DNA from: an uncultured Eubacteriales bacterium
GTDB taxonomy: Bacteria > Acidobacteriota > Aminicenantia > Aminicenantales > UBA4085
Direction: 5' to 3'
Assembly (NCBI GenBank): GCA_964556755.1
Contig: CAZKXI010000012.1
Location: 11,683-75,682 of the forward strand
DNA: 64,000 bases
Shown: positions 12,263 to 22,099 of the stretch, piece by piece
Layout of the letters: each line of letters opens with the position of its first letter
How positions within the stretch are numbered: position 1 is the first letter of the stretch
The notes under the pieces: model-generated
What the model saw: only the letters and a program-made list of their open reading frames with translations
Database searches by the model: none
Told to the model about the DNA's origin: nothing
Translations under genes and position numbers: made by a program

Positions 12263-14704
12263 ATGCCGCCCCGCCCCGACGGACTGGAAGCCCTCCTGAC
12301 CCTGCCCCTCATCCCGCTGCGCGACCTGGTCGTCTTCCCGGCCACCCTGGTCCCCTTCACCATCGGGCGGCCGTCCTCGATCCAAGCCCTGGACAAGTCG
12401 GCCGAGACCGAGAAGCTCATCGTCCTGTCCGCCCAGATGGATCCCAGCCTGGACAATCCGGCCCCCAAGGACATCTACTCCCTGGGCGTGACCGCCAAGG
12501 TCATCCGCACGGCTCCGGTCGACGAGCGGAACATCAAGGTCATCGTCGAGGGCAAGCGGCGGGTCCGGATCCTGGAAGTCATCGCCCACCAGCCCTTCTT
12601 CCAGGTCCTGGTCAAGGAGGTCCGCGTCTACGACGAGGCCGGCAAGGAGACCGGCGACGAGCTGGGCCTGGTCCTGCCGCTCTTCGAGGAATACCTCAAG
12701 TTCAATCCCGGGGCCAACGTGCAGGCCATCCTGCCGGCCCTGCGGGAGCACTCGCCGGACCGCATCGCCGACATCGTCTCCTCGCACCTCTTCCTGCCGG
12801 TGGACGAGAAGCAGAACCTGCTGGAGACGATCAACAGCCTGGAGCGCCTGCGGCGGCTGCGCTTCCTGCTGGAGGCGGAGATCTACCGGCTGCAGGCCTC
12901 CCGGCGCAAGGACGGGCGGGCCGCGGCCGGGGCGGCGGGCAAGCGCAAGGCGGTCTTCACCCCGGGCGGCGCGGCCGGGGCCAAGAAGGACGAGCCGGCG
13001 GGGGAGGTCGAGGAGCTGCGCAAGAAGGTGGCCGCGGCCAAGATGCCGCCCGACGCGGCCGAGAAGGCCCGCAAGGAGCTGGAGCGGCTGGAGAGCATGC
13101 CCCCGCTGTCGGCCGAGGCGACCGTCTGCCGCAACTACCTGGACTGGCTGATCGCCCTGCCCTGGACCAAGAAGTCGCGGGAGAAGAGGGACCTGGCGGC
13201 GGCCGAGAGGATCCTGAACGAGGACCATTTCGGGCTGGACAAGGTCAAGGAGCGCATCCTGGAGTACCTGTCCATCCGCCAGCTGGTCAAGGACCCCAAG
13301 GGCGTCATCCTCGGCCTGGTCGGGCCGCCCGGCGTGGGCAAGAGCTCCCTGGCCAAGTCCATCGCCCGGGCCACCGGGCGCCGCTTCGTCCGGCTGTCGC
13401 TGGGCGGCGTCCGGGACGAGGCCGAGATCCGCGGCCACCGGAGGACCTACATTGGCGCCTATCCCGGCCGCATCATCCAGATGATCAAGCGGGCCGGGAC
13501 CCGCAACCCGGTCTTCCTCCTGGACGAGGTCGACAAGATGAGCATGGACTTCCGGGGCGACCCGGCATCGGCCCTGATGGAGGTCCTGGACCCGGAGCAG
13601 AACAGCGCCTTCCTGGACCACTACATCGACACGGACTACGACCTGTCCCAGGTCATGTTCATCGTCACGGCCAACGCCCTGGAGCCCATCCCGCGGCCGC
13701 TCATCGACCGCATGGAGGTCATCCGCATCCCCGGCTACACCGAGGAGGAGAAGATTCAGATCGCCCAGCGCTTCCTCTGGCCCAAGCAGCTGGCCGCCCA
13801 CGGCCTGAAGGCGGCCAACCTGGCCGTCTCCGACGCGGCCCTGGCCAAGCTGATCGACGACTACACCCGGGAGGCGGGAGTCCGGAGCCTGGAGCGGGAG
13901 ATCACCCGCATCTGCCGCAAGGTCGTCAAGCGGGTCGTCGAGAAGGGCCGCGACCGGCGGGAGAAGGTCAGCCTCAGCAACCTGGAGAGCTACCTGGGCG
14001 TGCCCAAGTTCCGCCGCCCGGCCCTGGACCGCGAGGACGAGGTCGGCGTCGCCACCGGCATGGCCTGGACGGAGTTCGGCGGCGAGCTGCTGACCTTCGA
14101 GGCGATGAGGGTCCACGGCAAGGGCAGCTTCGTCCTGACCGGGCAGATGGGCGAGGTCATGCAGGAGTCGGCCCGGGCCGCCTTCAGCTACGTCCGGGCC
14201 AAGACCTTCGAATTGAGCGTGGCCAAGGACGTGACCAAGGACTTCGACATCCACATCCACGTCCCCGAAGGCGCCACCCCCAAGGAAGGGCCTTCGGCCG
14301 GCATCACCATCGCGGTGGCCATCCTGTCGCTTCTGACCGAGATCCCGGTCCGCAAGCGGCTGGCCCTGAGCGGCGAGATCACCCTGCGGGGCCGGGTCCT
14401 GCCGGTCGGCGGGATCAAGGAGAAGCTTCTGGCCGCCCACCGGGAGGGGATCCGGGAAGCGGTCCTGCCGCGGGACAACAAGGCCGACCTCAAGGACCTG
14501 CCCAAGACCCTGACGCAGGCCATGACCATCCACCTGGTCGAGACCATGGACGAAGTGCTGAAGCTGGCCCTGACCAGGGGCCTGCCGCTGGGTCCGGGAC
14601 CGGCCCGGCCGGGCGGCGAAAGCGAGACGATCCGGGCGGGGGAGACCCCGGCCGGAGCCGAGGCCGGGGCCAAGAGCGGCCCCGAGCCCCCGATCGCCCA
14701 TTAG
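12263..14704 (+). CDS. lon: Lon protease
   Basis: Lon N-terminal domain, an AAA+ module (GPPGVGKSS) and a C-terminal S16 protease domain with the PKEGPSAG catalytic Ser motif. A GGAGGAG RBS precedes the ATG at 12263. Confidence 0.95.
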   Translation: MPPRPDGLEALLTLPLIPLRDLVVFPATLVPFTIGRPSSIQALDKSAETEKLIVLSAQMDPSLDNPAPKDIYSLGVTAKVIRTAPVDERNIKVIVEGKRRVRILEVIAHQPFFQVLVKEVRVYDEAGKETGDELGLVLPLFEEYLKFNPGANVQAILPALREHSPDRIADIVSSHLFLPVDEKQNLLETINSLERLRRLRFLLEAEIYRLQASRRKDGRAAAGAAGKRKAVFTPGGAAGAKKDEPAGEVEELRKKVAAAKMPPDAAEKARKELERLESMPPLSAEATVCRNYLDWLIALPWTKKSREKRDLAAAERILNEDHFGLDKVKERILEYLSIRQLVKDPKGVILGLVGPPGVGKSSLAKSIARATGRRFVRLSLGGVRDEAEIRGHRRTYIGAYPGRIIQMIKRAGTRNPVFLLDEVDKMSMDFRGDPASALMEVLDPEQNSAFLDHYIDTDYDLSQVMFIVTANALEPIPRPLIDRMEVIRIPGYTEEEKIQIAQRFLWPKQLAAHGLKAANLAVSDAALAKLIDDYTREAGVRSLEREITRICRKVVKRVVEKGRDRREKVSLSNLESYLGVPKFRRPALDREDEVGVATGMAWTEFGGELLTFEAMRVHGKGSFVLTGQMGEVMQESARAAFSYVRAKTFELSVAKDVTKDFDIHIHVPEGATPKEGPSAGITIAVAILSLLTEIPVRKRLALSGEITLRGRVLPVGGIKEKLLAAHREGIREAVLPRDNKADLKDLPKTLTQAMTIHLVETMDEVLKLALTRGLPLGPGPARPGGESETIRAGETPAGAEAGAKSGPEPPIAH

Positions 14705-14723
14705 AGACAAGAAGGAGCTGACG

Positions 14724-16127
14724 ATGGCCAACCAAGGACAACGCTACCGCCGGGGCCCCAAGCCCCATGCCCCCAAGGACCTGCCGCCGGACCCCCGGCC
14801 GGACTACGAGGAGTACGAGCCGCCGCGCGACCCCAACGCCCCGCGCGACTTCGGCCTGATCGAGATGGAGGGCAAGGACCTCAAGGAGGTCCTCAAGATC
14901 GCGGCCGGGACGGGCCTGGCCGAGGCCGACATCGAGGCCGACAAGGGCAACAAGCACAACCTGATCTTCAAGATCCTGGAGGCCCAGGCCAAGCGCCAGG
15001 GCCTGCTGTTCTCGGAGGGCGTTTTGGAATGCCTCGAGGACGGCTTCGGCTTCCTGCGGGCCCCCGAGTTCAGCTACCTGCCCAGCCAGGACGACATCTA
15101 CGTCTCGCCCTCCCAGATCCGCAAGTTCCAGCTGCGCACGGGCGACACCATCTCGGGCCTGGTCCGGCCGCCCAAGAACGGGGAGAAGTACTTCGCCTTG
15201 ATCAAGATCGAGGCCATCAACTTCATGCTCCCGGACGTGCTCATCGACCAGCGCCGCAACGTCCACTTCGAGCAGCTGACGCCGCTGTATCCGCACGAGA
15301 AGATCATCCTCCAGGACGGCAACCCCAAGAACCTCTGCGCCCGGATCATGGAGCTTCTGACGCCCATCGGCAAGGGCCAGCGGGGCCTGATCGTCTCGCC
15401 GCCCCGGGCCGGCAAGACGACCCTGCTGAAGACCATCGCCAAGTCGATCGAGAAGAACCACCCCGAGGTCTTCCTGATCGTCCTGCTCGTGGCCGAGCGG
15501 CCCGAGGAGGTCACTGACTTCCAGAGGAGCGTCGCCGGCGAGGTGGTGGCCTCGACCTTCGACGAGCCGCCGGCCCGCAATGCCCAGGTCGCCAACATCG
15601 TCCTGGAGAAGGCCAAGCGCCTGGTCGAGATCAAGCGCGACGTGGTCATCCTGCTGGACTCCATCACCCGCCTGGCCCGGGCCCACAACGCCATCATCCC
15701 GCCCTCCGGCAAGGTCCTCTCCGGCGGCATCGACGCCAACGCCCTGAACAAGCCCAAGAAGTTCTTCGGCTCGGCCCGCAAGATCGAGGAGGGCGGCAGC
15801 CTGACCATCATCGCCACGGCCCTGGTCGACACCGGCAGCCGGATGGACGAGGTCATCTTCGAGGAGTTCAAGGGCACGGGCAATATGGAGATCAACCTCG
15901 ACCGGCGGCTGGTCGACAAGCGGACCTTCCCGGCCATCGACATCAACCGGTCGGCGACCCGCAAGGAGGAGCTGCTGATCGAAGAGCAGGAGCTCGGCCG
16001 CATCTGGATCCTGCGCAAGATCCTGTCCCAGCTGAGCGAGGTCGAGGCCATGGAGCTTCTGATCGAGAAGCTGGGCAAGACCAAGACCAACCAGGACTTC
16101 CTCAACGCCATGAGCAAGGGCCTGTAG
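14724..16127 (+). CDS. rho: Transcription termination factor Rho, with an ~60-aa Pro/Asp/Glu-rich N-terminal extension
   Basis: The OB-fold RNA-binding region FGFLR is present. Walker A GKTTLL and the RecA-like core are present. The N-terminal low-complexity extension precedes the conserved NTD. AAGGAG RBS. Confidence 0.95.
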   Translation: MANQGQRYRRGPKPHAPKDLPPDPRPDYEEYEPPRDPNAPRDFGLIEMEGKDLKEVLKIAAGTGLAEADIEADKGNKHNLIFKILEAQAKRQGLLFSEGVLECLEDGFGFLRAPEFSYLPSQDDIYVSPSQIRKFQLRTGDTISGLVRPPKNGEKYFALIKIEAINFMLPDVLIDQRRNVHFEQLTPLYPHEKIILQDGNPKNLCARIMELLTPIGKGQRGLIVSPPRAGKTTLLKTIAKSIEKNHPEVFLIVLLVAERPEEVTDFQRSVAGEVVASTFDEPPARNAQVANIVLEKAKRLVEIKRDVVILLDSITRLARAHNAIIPPSGKVLSGGIDANALNKPKKFFGSARKIEEGGSLTIIATALVDTGSRMDEVIFEEFKGTGNMEINLDRRLVDKRTFPAIDINRSATRKEELLIEEQELGRIWILRKILSQLSEVEAMELLIEKLGKTKTNQDFLNAMSKGL

Positions 16128-16150
16128 GCCCGGCGCGATTCGAAAACGGA

Positions 16151-16180
16151 AAGGGCCGCCTCCGGGCGGCCCTTTTTTTT
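16151..16180. terminator. Bidirectional intrinsic terminator between rho and the convergent OMP gene
   Basis: GGGCCGCC-TCCG-GGCGGCCC hairpin. It is flanked by AAA on one side and TTTTTTTT on the other. Confidence 0.8.
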
Positions 16181-16198
16181 GTGGAGCGGAGACGGGGC

Positions 16199-17038
16199 TT
16201 AGAAGAGCCCCAGGGAGAAGCCGGCGGTGAAGGTCAGGAAGTGGAGCCAATTGCGGACGTAGCCGTCCGTCGAGGGCCAGTCGGGCGTGTCGTCCGAGCC
16301 GACCGCTCCGCCGCCGATGTAGCGGACGTTGACGAAGGCTTCCACGTTCTTGTCCAGGCGAAGGCCGCCGCGGAGCGAGGCGTCCAGGATGGCCCCGATG
16401 ACCTCGTTGTCGCTGCCGTTGATGTAGCTGACCGGGGCGTAGAATCCGTCCGCCTCGGCCCCCAGCCACAAGCGCGAGTCGAAGTCGTGGCGCCAGCGGA
16501 GCTTGAGGATGGGCACCGGGCCGATGTTGCGATTGGAGCGGAAGAGCTTCCCGTCCAGGGACTCGAATTCGATGGTCGCGTTGCGGATCTGGAGCGACAG
16601 GCCGACGGACAGCTCGGTGGCGGGACTCTTGGACAGATCGACCAGGTAGGAGACGCGGTAGAAGGGGAAGCGATAGACGAAGCGGGTCGGGGTCCCGGCC
16701 GGGAAGTCGAGCCCGTCGACGCGAAGCGCGGACTCGAGGATGGCCTTCGTCTCCAGGGCCAGGGGCTGATAGAGGAAGATGAGGGTCGACCGGCGGGACA
16801 GCCGCAGGTCCAGGCTCAAGCGGGAGACCTGATAGAGGTTGTCCTGCCCGCCTTGGGAGACATAGTCTAAATAGGTCCCGTCCTTGCCGAACTGGACCTT
16901 GTGGCCGAGAACGCCGATCCAGCCGAGCTCGAAGTGGGCCTTGAGGGCCGGGCGCGAGTCGGGGGCTTGGGCCGAGAAAGCCGCGGGAGCCGCGAGCGAG
17001 GCCAAGGCCAAGATGAGAGCGAGACGAGTCAGTCGCAT
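16199..17038 (-). CDS. Outer-membrane beta-barrel protein, family unknown
   Basis: Signal peptide MRLTRLALILALASLAAPAAFSA. Alternating beta-strand-like pattern and a C-terminal aromatic residue (…SLGLF). A perfect AGGAGG RBS and an AT-rich upstream element are present. Confidence 0.6.
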   Translation of the reverse strand: MRLTRLALILALASLAAPAAFSAQAPDSRPALKAHFELGWIGVLGHKVQFGKDGTYLDYVSQGGQDNLYQVSRLSLDLRLSRRSTLIFLYQPLALETKAILESALRVDGLDFPAGTPTRFVYRFPFYRVSYLVDLSKSPATELSVGLSLQIRNATIEFESLDGKLFRSNRNIGPVPILKLRWRHDFDSRLWLGAEADGFYAPVSYINGSDNEVIGAILDASLRGGLRLDKNVEAFVNVRYIGGGAVGSDDTPDWPSTDGYVRNWLHFLTFTAGFSLGLF

Positions 17039-17243
17039 AGGGGCAAACCTCCTTTATATATTATATAAACATTATATAAAGAAATAAACATAAAAGCAAG
17101 ACATGGGAGAGAGGGTAGGGCGGATCGGCCGGCAAGAGGCGGACGGTCCGTAAGGGGGGCGGCAGGCGCCTTGTCAAAAAGACGGGTGGGGGGATATGAT
17201 GAGAAAGGCCGACGGCCCGGGCGTCGCCGGATGGGAGGCGGGC

Positions 17244-17936
17244 ATGAGACGCGAGCGAAGAATCAAGGTCACGGAGGATGGCCCGTACCTTGTTCAGGGC
17301 GGTGTTCCCTTGATCCATGAGACCGTCATTTTGGGAGCGGACGGGGAGCCCGAAAGCTGGCGGAGGGGGGAGATTCTTCAGGCGGGCGAGAGCTATGCTC
17401 TCTGCCGCTGCGGAGGCAGCGCCAGGCCACCATTCTGCGATGGAGCGCATCTCAAGAACGGATTTGAAGGCGGGGAGACGGCCTTGCTTGAGACACCGGA
17501 AGGGGTCAAAGATATAACGCTGGGGGATGGCGTCGAGCTGGCGGATGTCCCTTGCCGATGCTCCCTAGCTCGTTTCTGTCACAGGAGCGGCGATGCGTGG
17601 ACGCTGACGGAGCAGTCCGCGGATCCGGTCAAGAGGAAGATCGCCATTGAATCGGCCGAGAATTGCCCCTCGGGCCGGCTGACTATGAGAGAGAGCGCGA
17701 GCCGGAAAGACTATGAGATCGAAGTCGAGCCCGAGGTTGGAGTGATCCACGATACGTATCATGGCTGCGAGGGACCGCTATGGGTCCGCGGGGGGATCGA
17801 GATCGAAAGCGCGGACGGAGGCGCGTATGAGAAGCGCAAACGCGTCACGCTCTGTCGCTGCGGCGCGTCGAAGAACAAGCCCTTCTGCGATGGGACGCAC
17901 GTTCACCAGAGGTTCGGTCAACGGTCAGAGAAGTGA
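17244..17936 (+). CDS. CDGSH iron-sulfur domain protein with tandem CDGSH modules
   Basis: Two canonical motifs, CRCGGSARPPFCDGAH and CRCGASKNKPFCDGTH, plus a degenerate third (CRCSLARFCHRSGD). GGGAGG RBS before the ATG at 17244. Lower GC than the flanking genes. Confidence 0.75.
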   Translation: MRRERRIKVTEDGPYLVQGGVPLIHETVILGADGEPESWRRGEILQAGESYALCRCGGSARPPFCDGAHLKNGFEGGETALLETPEGVKDITLGDGVELADVPCRCSLARFCHRSGDAWTLTEQSADPVKRKIAIESAENCPSGRLTMRESASRKDYEIEVEPEVGVIHDTYHGCEGPLWVRGGIEIESADGGAYEKRKRVTLCRCGASKNKPFCDGTHVHQRFGQRSEK

Positions 17937-18015
17937 GGCGAAAGAGCCGTCAGTGCGACGCGCGCTTATAGCCGTTGAAGCCTGAATCCTGTTCCGGCCC
18001 CAGCGATAGGGGCTT

Positions 18016-18061
18016 GATATCCACAGATGCACAAAATATCGTCGCAGACGATATCCACAGA
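18016..18061. repeat. Two direct 12-bp repeats GATATCCACAGA (DnaA-box-like) flanking a 19-bp palindrome ATATCGTCgcaGACGATAT
   Basis: Read directly from the sequence. ATATCCACA differs from the DnaA-box consensus TTATCCACA at one position. An AT-rich tract follows at 18065-18170. Confidence 0.6.
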
Positions 18062-18216
18062 CGTTGAAAATCTTTAAATGTTTCTTTTTCAATGGTATAG
18101 GAGCCAGGCACCCAATGAGTCGCATAAGATATATTATGTCTACTAAAATAGGGCGGACAAATCGCGAGCGAGACAATCCATGATCGCACGGTGCTTCGGA
18201 GTCGGCTCAGCTGCGA

Positions 18217-19020
18217 TCAGCGGGACGATCGCAGCTTGGAGATCAGGTCTTCCAGGACCTTGATGATCTCGCTGCGGCTGACCGTATCCTTCTTGAACTC
18301 GATTCGGACCTGGTAGGATCGGTCTTCCTTGGGACGATAGTGGAATATGTAATGCTTGGGCTTGGCCGAGGCGTCCTTCCCCTTCATCTCTTTCGTCAGA
18401 TCCCGGGTGTCTTCGCGGCGCAGGCCTCTCTCTCGGATCTGCTTGAGAAGATCCCGCATCTCCTCGGGAGACTTCAGCTTGGAGAGCTCGATCAGCAGGC
18501 TGCGGTTCTTTTCGAAACCCGCTTCGGCGCAGACGGACCGGACATCGGCGGGGACCCGGCTGATGTTGATGATCTCGGTGATCGTCGAGCGGGCTTTGCC
18601 GATCTTTTCCGAGATCTGGGCGTGGCTGTAGTCATAGATATCCATCAGCGCTTTCAGCCCATCGGCTTCCTCGAAGAGATCGAGGTCCTTGCGCTGGAGG
18701 TTCTCGATCAGCGAGATCTCCATGGCTTCCGAGTCGTTGACGATCATCTCGATGGCCGGAATCTCGCTCAAGCCGACGTTCTTGGAGGCGATGTAGCGGC
18801 GCTCGCCGGCGATGATCTCGTAGGTGTCCCCCTTGGGCCGGACGATGATGGGCTCGAGGACGCCCTTGGCCTTGATGGAGGTCATCAGCTCCTGGATATC
18901 TCCCAGCGACGACCGGGCTTGGTGAGGGTTAGGCGCGATCTTCGAAAGAGGGATCATCCGGACCATGGGCGCCGCGGTCTTCTTGGAGATCCAGTCGACG
19001 AAGTGAGTGTCGTGGCGCAT
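18217..19020 (-). CDS. parB: ParB/Spo0J-family partition protein
   Basis: ParB N-terminal box (IPLSKIAPNPHQ, AGERRY) plus an HTH region. The longer ORF in the track overlaps parA and is an artefact; the start is placed at the ATG at 19018-19020. Confidence 0.8.
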   Translation of the reverse strand: MRHDTHFVDWISKKTAAPMVRMIPLSKIAPNPHQARSSLGDIQELMTSIKAKGVLEPIIVRPKGDTYEIIAGERRYIASKNVGLSEIPAIEMIVNDSEAMEISLIENLQRKDLDLFEEADGLKALMDIYDYSHAQISEKIGKARSTITEIINISRVPADVRSVCAEAGFEKNRSLLIELSKLKSPEEMRDLLKQIRERGLRREDTRDLTKEMKGKDASAKPKHYIFHYRPKEDRSYQVRIEFKKDTVSRSEIIKVLEDLISKLRSSR

Positions 19021-19048
19021 GCCGATCGACGACGGCAGGCCCGATCGC

Positions 19049-19813
19049 TTAGGATTTTGTCCGCTCAATGATCTCCTCCGCGACGAGACGGTATTGCTGG
19101 GAGCCGATGGAAGAAGCCGCGTACGTGAAAATCGACTCCTTGTAGGCCGGGCACTCCTCGATCTTGACGCTCTTCGAGATATGCGTCTTGAAGACCTTGT
19201 CGCCGAAGACGCTGACGATCCGCTCGACGACGTCGCGGGCCAGGTTCGTCCGCGTGTCATGGAGCGTGATCAGGACGCCCAGAATGAGAAGCCCCGGATT
19301 GGCCACGCGCCGGACTTTATCGATGGTCTCAAGGAGGTCGTCGGTCCCCTCCAGACAGAGATAGGAGCTTTGAATGGGGATGAGGAGGTGGGAGGCGGCG
19401 ACCAGGGCGTTGAGCGTGATCAGCCCAAGAGTCGGCGGCGTATCGATCAGGATGTAGTCGTATCTCGGACGCACGGGGGCCAGGGCATCCCGGAGCCGGT
19501 AATGGCCGTCAATCTCGCCGATGAGGCTGGTCTCGATCTTGGCCATGGAGATGCGCGAGATAGCGACATCCAATCCGGGCACGGTGGACTTTGTAATGGC
19601 CGAGTCGAGGGGGGCCCTGGTCTGGCTGAGAACATCATAGAGCGATGAGGCGACGGACCCGGGCTCTCTCACGCACGAGATCGTGCTGTGCCCCTGCGGA
19701 TCCGTATCGATGAGAAGGACGCTCTTTCCGGCCAGAGCCAGCGCAGCCGCGCAATTGACCGCGGTCGTCGTCTTGCCGACGCCGCCTTTTTGATTGGTGA
19801 CGGTGATGACCAC
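19049..19813 (-). CDS. parA: ParA/Soj-family partition ATPase
   Basis: Deviant Walker A NQKGGVGKTT and the ParA core. The likely start is the GTG (VITVTNQKGG) preceded by AAGGA. The track ORF begins at an upstream TTG. Confidence 0.8.
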   Translation of the reverse strand: MVITVTNQKGGVGKTTTAVNCAAALALAGKSVLLIDTDPQGHSTISCVREPGSVASSLYDVLSQTRAPLDSAITKSTVPGLDVAISRISMAKIETSLIGEIDGHYRLRDALAPVRPRYDYILIDTPPTLGLITLNALVAASHLLIPIQSSYLCLEGTDDLLETIDKVRRVANPGLLILGVLITLHDTRTNLARDVVERIVSVFGDKVFKTHISKSVKIEECPAYKESIFTYAASSIGSQQYRLVAEEIIERTKS

Positions 19814-20272
19814 GAAGAAATCCTTATTCAGATTCTTCCCTACATTAGTCCTTCTCGATCCCAATTGCAAGACATGAGGACGCGCTGTCGGCCGGCCGAC
19901 TGCATTGTATCTAATTGATAAATAATAAAATAAAAGGAGTCTGCTGGAGCCCCTAAAATAAATTCAGCGGCCCTCCTCCCCCGCCGGACACCCATGCCGC
20001 AGCGGATGGGTCTTCTTCGGTGATCTCATCGACGCAAGGAAAGCTGACACGGTTGGGGCCAGGCGGACCAAGCCGCGCGGAAGAGGGTTGAGGTTTTTCG
20101 AAGCGATGTCTCCGAGGGAAGGGCCGTGGCGAATTCCGGGATGGACGGGCCGATTGAAGAGGAGCCGCGAGATTGATTGCAGCTCGAGATTGCCGTATTA
20201 TGATAAAGACAGTCGTGAAAGAGCAAGGCGGTTTTGTAATTATATTGTTATCAATAATATAGAGTCATTTTA

Positions 20273-22051
20273 ATGAAGAATTTCAAGATATCGATTAATT
20301 CGGGGGCCACGTGGACGGAGGCGGAAGCCGGCGCCTGCCTGGCCGAAGTCCTGGCGGACGCCGGGCATCCGCTCAGCCTCTACTGCCACGGCCGAGGCGT
20401 GTGCGGCAAATGCCTGGTCCTCGTCGCTCGCGGGGAGGCCGGGCACCCCGATGAGGCCGAAGCCCGGATTCTGGCCCGACGCGGGAGTCCCGCCGGGGGC
20501 CGGCTGGCATGCCGGGTCCGCGTGAGCGGTCCCCTTGAGATCGTGATCCCCGAAGCGTCCCGACTTCCCGTCCTCGTCGCCGTCCCCGACGCTCCCGCTT
20601 CGTCCAGGCGCTCCGTCCCCCTCGATCCGCCCCTGCGCAAGTATGCCGTCCGTCCGGATCCGCCGTCGCTCGAAAGGCAGGACTCCGATCTGGACCGCCT
20701 CCTGGCCGCCCTGCCCGAAGAGGCCTGGGAGCCGTCGACGGCCGCGCTGGCCGGACTGGCCGCCGAGGCCCGGCCCGGCGGCGACGCGCCGGTTTTGACG
20801 GCCGTCGTCCATGGCCGTCGCCTGCTCGACGTCGAGAGGGGCGACACGACCGGCCGCCAGCTCGGGCTGGCCGTGGATCTGGGCACGACGACGGCGGCGG
20901 CCGAGCTGGTGGATCTCGAGACGGGCCGGACGATCGCCTCGGGCGCCGCCCTCAACGCCCAGGCCCGCTTCGGCGCCGACGTGGTCAGCCGCATCACCGC
21001 GGCCCGCTTCGATCCCGCCGCGGCCCGGGGCCTTCGCGAAGCGGCCTGGGAGACCGTCGACGGCCTTCTGGCCCGGCTGCTCGAGCTCTCGGGCCGGCCG
21101 GCCGAGGACGTCTATGAGACGGTCGTCGCCGGCAACACCGCCATGGTCCTGCTGGCCCTCGGCCTATCCGTCGCCTCCTTGACCGAAGCCCCTTTTCAGC
21201 CCCTCCTCTTGAGCCTGCCTCCCCTCCCGGCCCGCGAAGCCGGCTCCGCGGCGCGCGCGTCGGGGCTGGTGTCCTTCGCACCCGGGATCGGCAGCTTCGT
21301 CGGCGGCGATATCTCGGCCGGCTTGGTGGCGGCCGATCTCGAGGCGGGCCCTCGCCGCCTCCTCTATGTGGACCTCGGCACCAACGGCGAGATCGTCCTC
21401 AAGAACGGCTCCGACCTGGCCTGTGCCTCAACCGCCGCCGGGCCCGCCTTCGAGGGCATGTCGCTCTCCCGCGGCATGATCGCCGGGCCGGGCGCCATTC
21501 ACGCCGTCCGCCTCTCGTCCGGCGGCCGCCTGGAGCTGGGCGTCGTCGGAGGCGGCTCCCCCGCCGGCCTCTGCGGCAGCGGGATCATCGACCTCCTGGC
21601 CATCGCCTTGGACCGGGGCGAGCTGGACCCTTCGGGAGCGATCCGCTCGCCGTCCGGGATGATCGAAGCCGCCCCGGGCTTGGCCCTGGACCGGCGGGAC
21701 GTGCGGGAGATCCAGCTGGCCGCCGCCGCCATCAAGACGGGTATGAAGCTCCTCCTGGACCGGGCCGGGCTGGCGGCCGCGGGACTCGATGAGGTCTGGG
21801 TCGCCGGCGCTTTCGGCAGCACCTTGGACGTCAGGCGGGCCGTCCGTCTCGGCCTGCTCCCCGATATCCCTCCGGACGGGATCCGCTTTCTGGGCAACGC
21901 CTCGCTGGCCGGCGCGCGTCTCTTGCTGCTCTCTTCCGCCGAGCGGGATCGCTGCGCGTCCCTGGCCCGCCGCATCCGCCACGTCCCCTTGGCCGGAGCC
22001 GCTTTTCAGGCCGCCTTCGTCGAAAGCCTTCCCTTCGGCCCCTGGCGCTGA
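20273..22051 (+). CDS. 2Fe-2S ferredoxin-domain / ASKHA-fold ATPase (RACo-like corrinoid reductive activator family, DUF4445)
   Basis: N-terminal plant-type ferredoxin cysteines (CHGRGVCGKC...ACRV). ASKHA phosphate motifs (VDLGTTT, YVDLGTNGEIVL) follow. Confidence 0.7.
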   Translation: MKNFKISINSGATWTEAEAGACLAEVLADAGHPLSLYCHGRGVCGKCLVLVARGEAGHPDEAEARILARRGSPAGGRLACRVRVSGPLEIVIPEASRLPVLVAVPDAPASSRRSVPLDPPLRKYAVRPDPPSLERQDSDLDRLLAALPEEAWEPSTAALAGLAAEARPGGDAPVLTAVVHGRRLLDVERGDTTGRQLGLAVDLGTTTAAAELVDLETGRTIASGAALNAQARFGADVVSRITAARFDPAAARGLREAAWETVDGLLARLLELSGRPAEDVYETVVAGNTAMVLLALGLSVASLTEAPFQPLLLSLPPLPAREAGSAARASGLVSFAPGIGSFVGGDISAGLVAADLEAGPRRLLYVDLGTNGEIVLKNGSDLACASTAAGPAFEGMSLSRGMIAGPGAIHAVRLSSGGRLELGVVGGGSPAGLCGSGIIDLLAIALDRGELDPSGAIRSPSGMIEAAPGLALDRRDVREIQLAAAAIKTGMKLLLDRAGLAAAGLDEVWVAGAFGSTLDVRRAVRLGLLPDIPPDGIRFLGNASLAGARLLLLSSAERDRCASLARRIRHVPLAGAAFQAAFVESLPFGPWR

Positions 22052-22099
22052 ATCCCCCGGCCCGGTCATCGGCGGCGGCCCGCCGCTCCCGGCGCCCCC

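Noticed and set aside
17925-18189. Two small minus-strand ORFs (83 and 79 aa) in the AT-rich spacer between the CDGSH gene and parB
   Set aside because: They lie in AT-rich DNA where stop-free runs on the opposite strand arise easily. They have no RBS, and they overlap the repeat/palindrome element, which is more plausibly a cis-acting site.
18217-19260. 347-aa extended ParB ORF
   Set aside because: The N-terminal 80 residues (Ser/Arg-rich) overlap the parA coding region in another frame. The ParB-like sequence begins at the internal Met at 19018-19020.
20088-20273. 61-aa ORF in the parA-RACo spacer
   Set aside because: No RBS and no recognisable motif. It is more likely part of a promoter/operator region.
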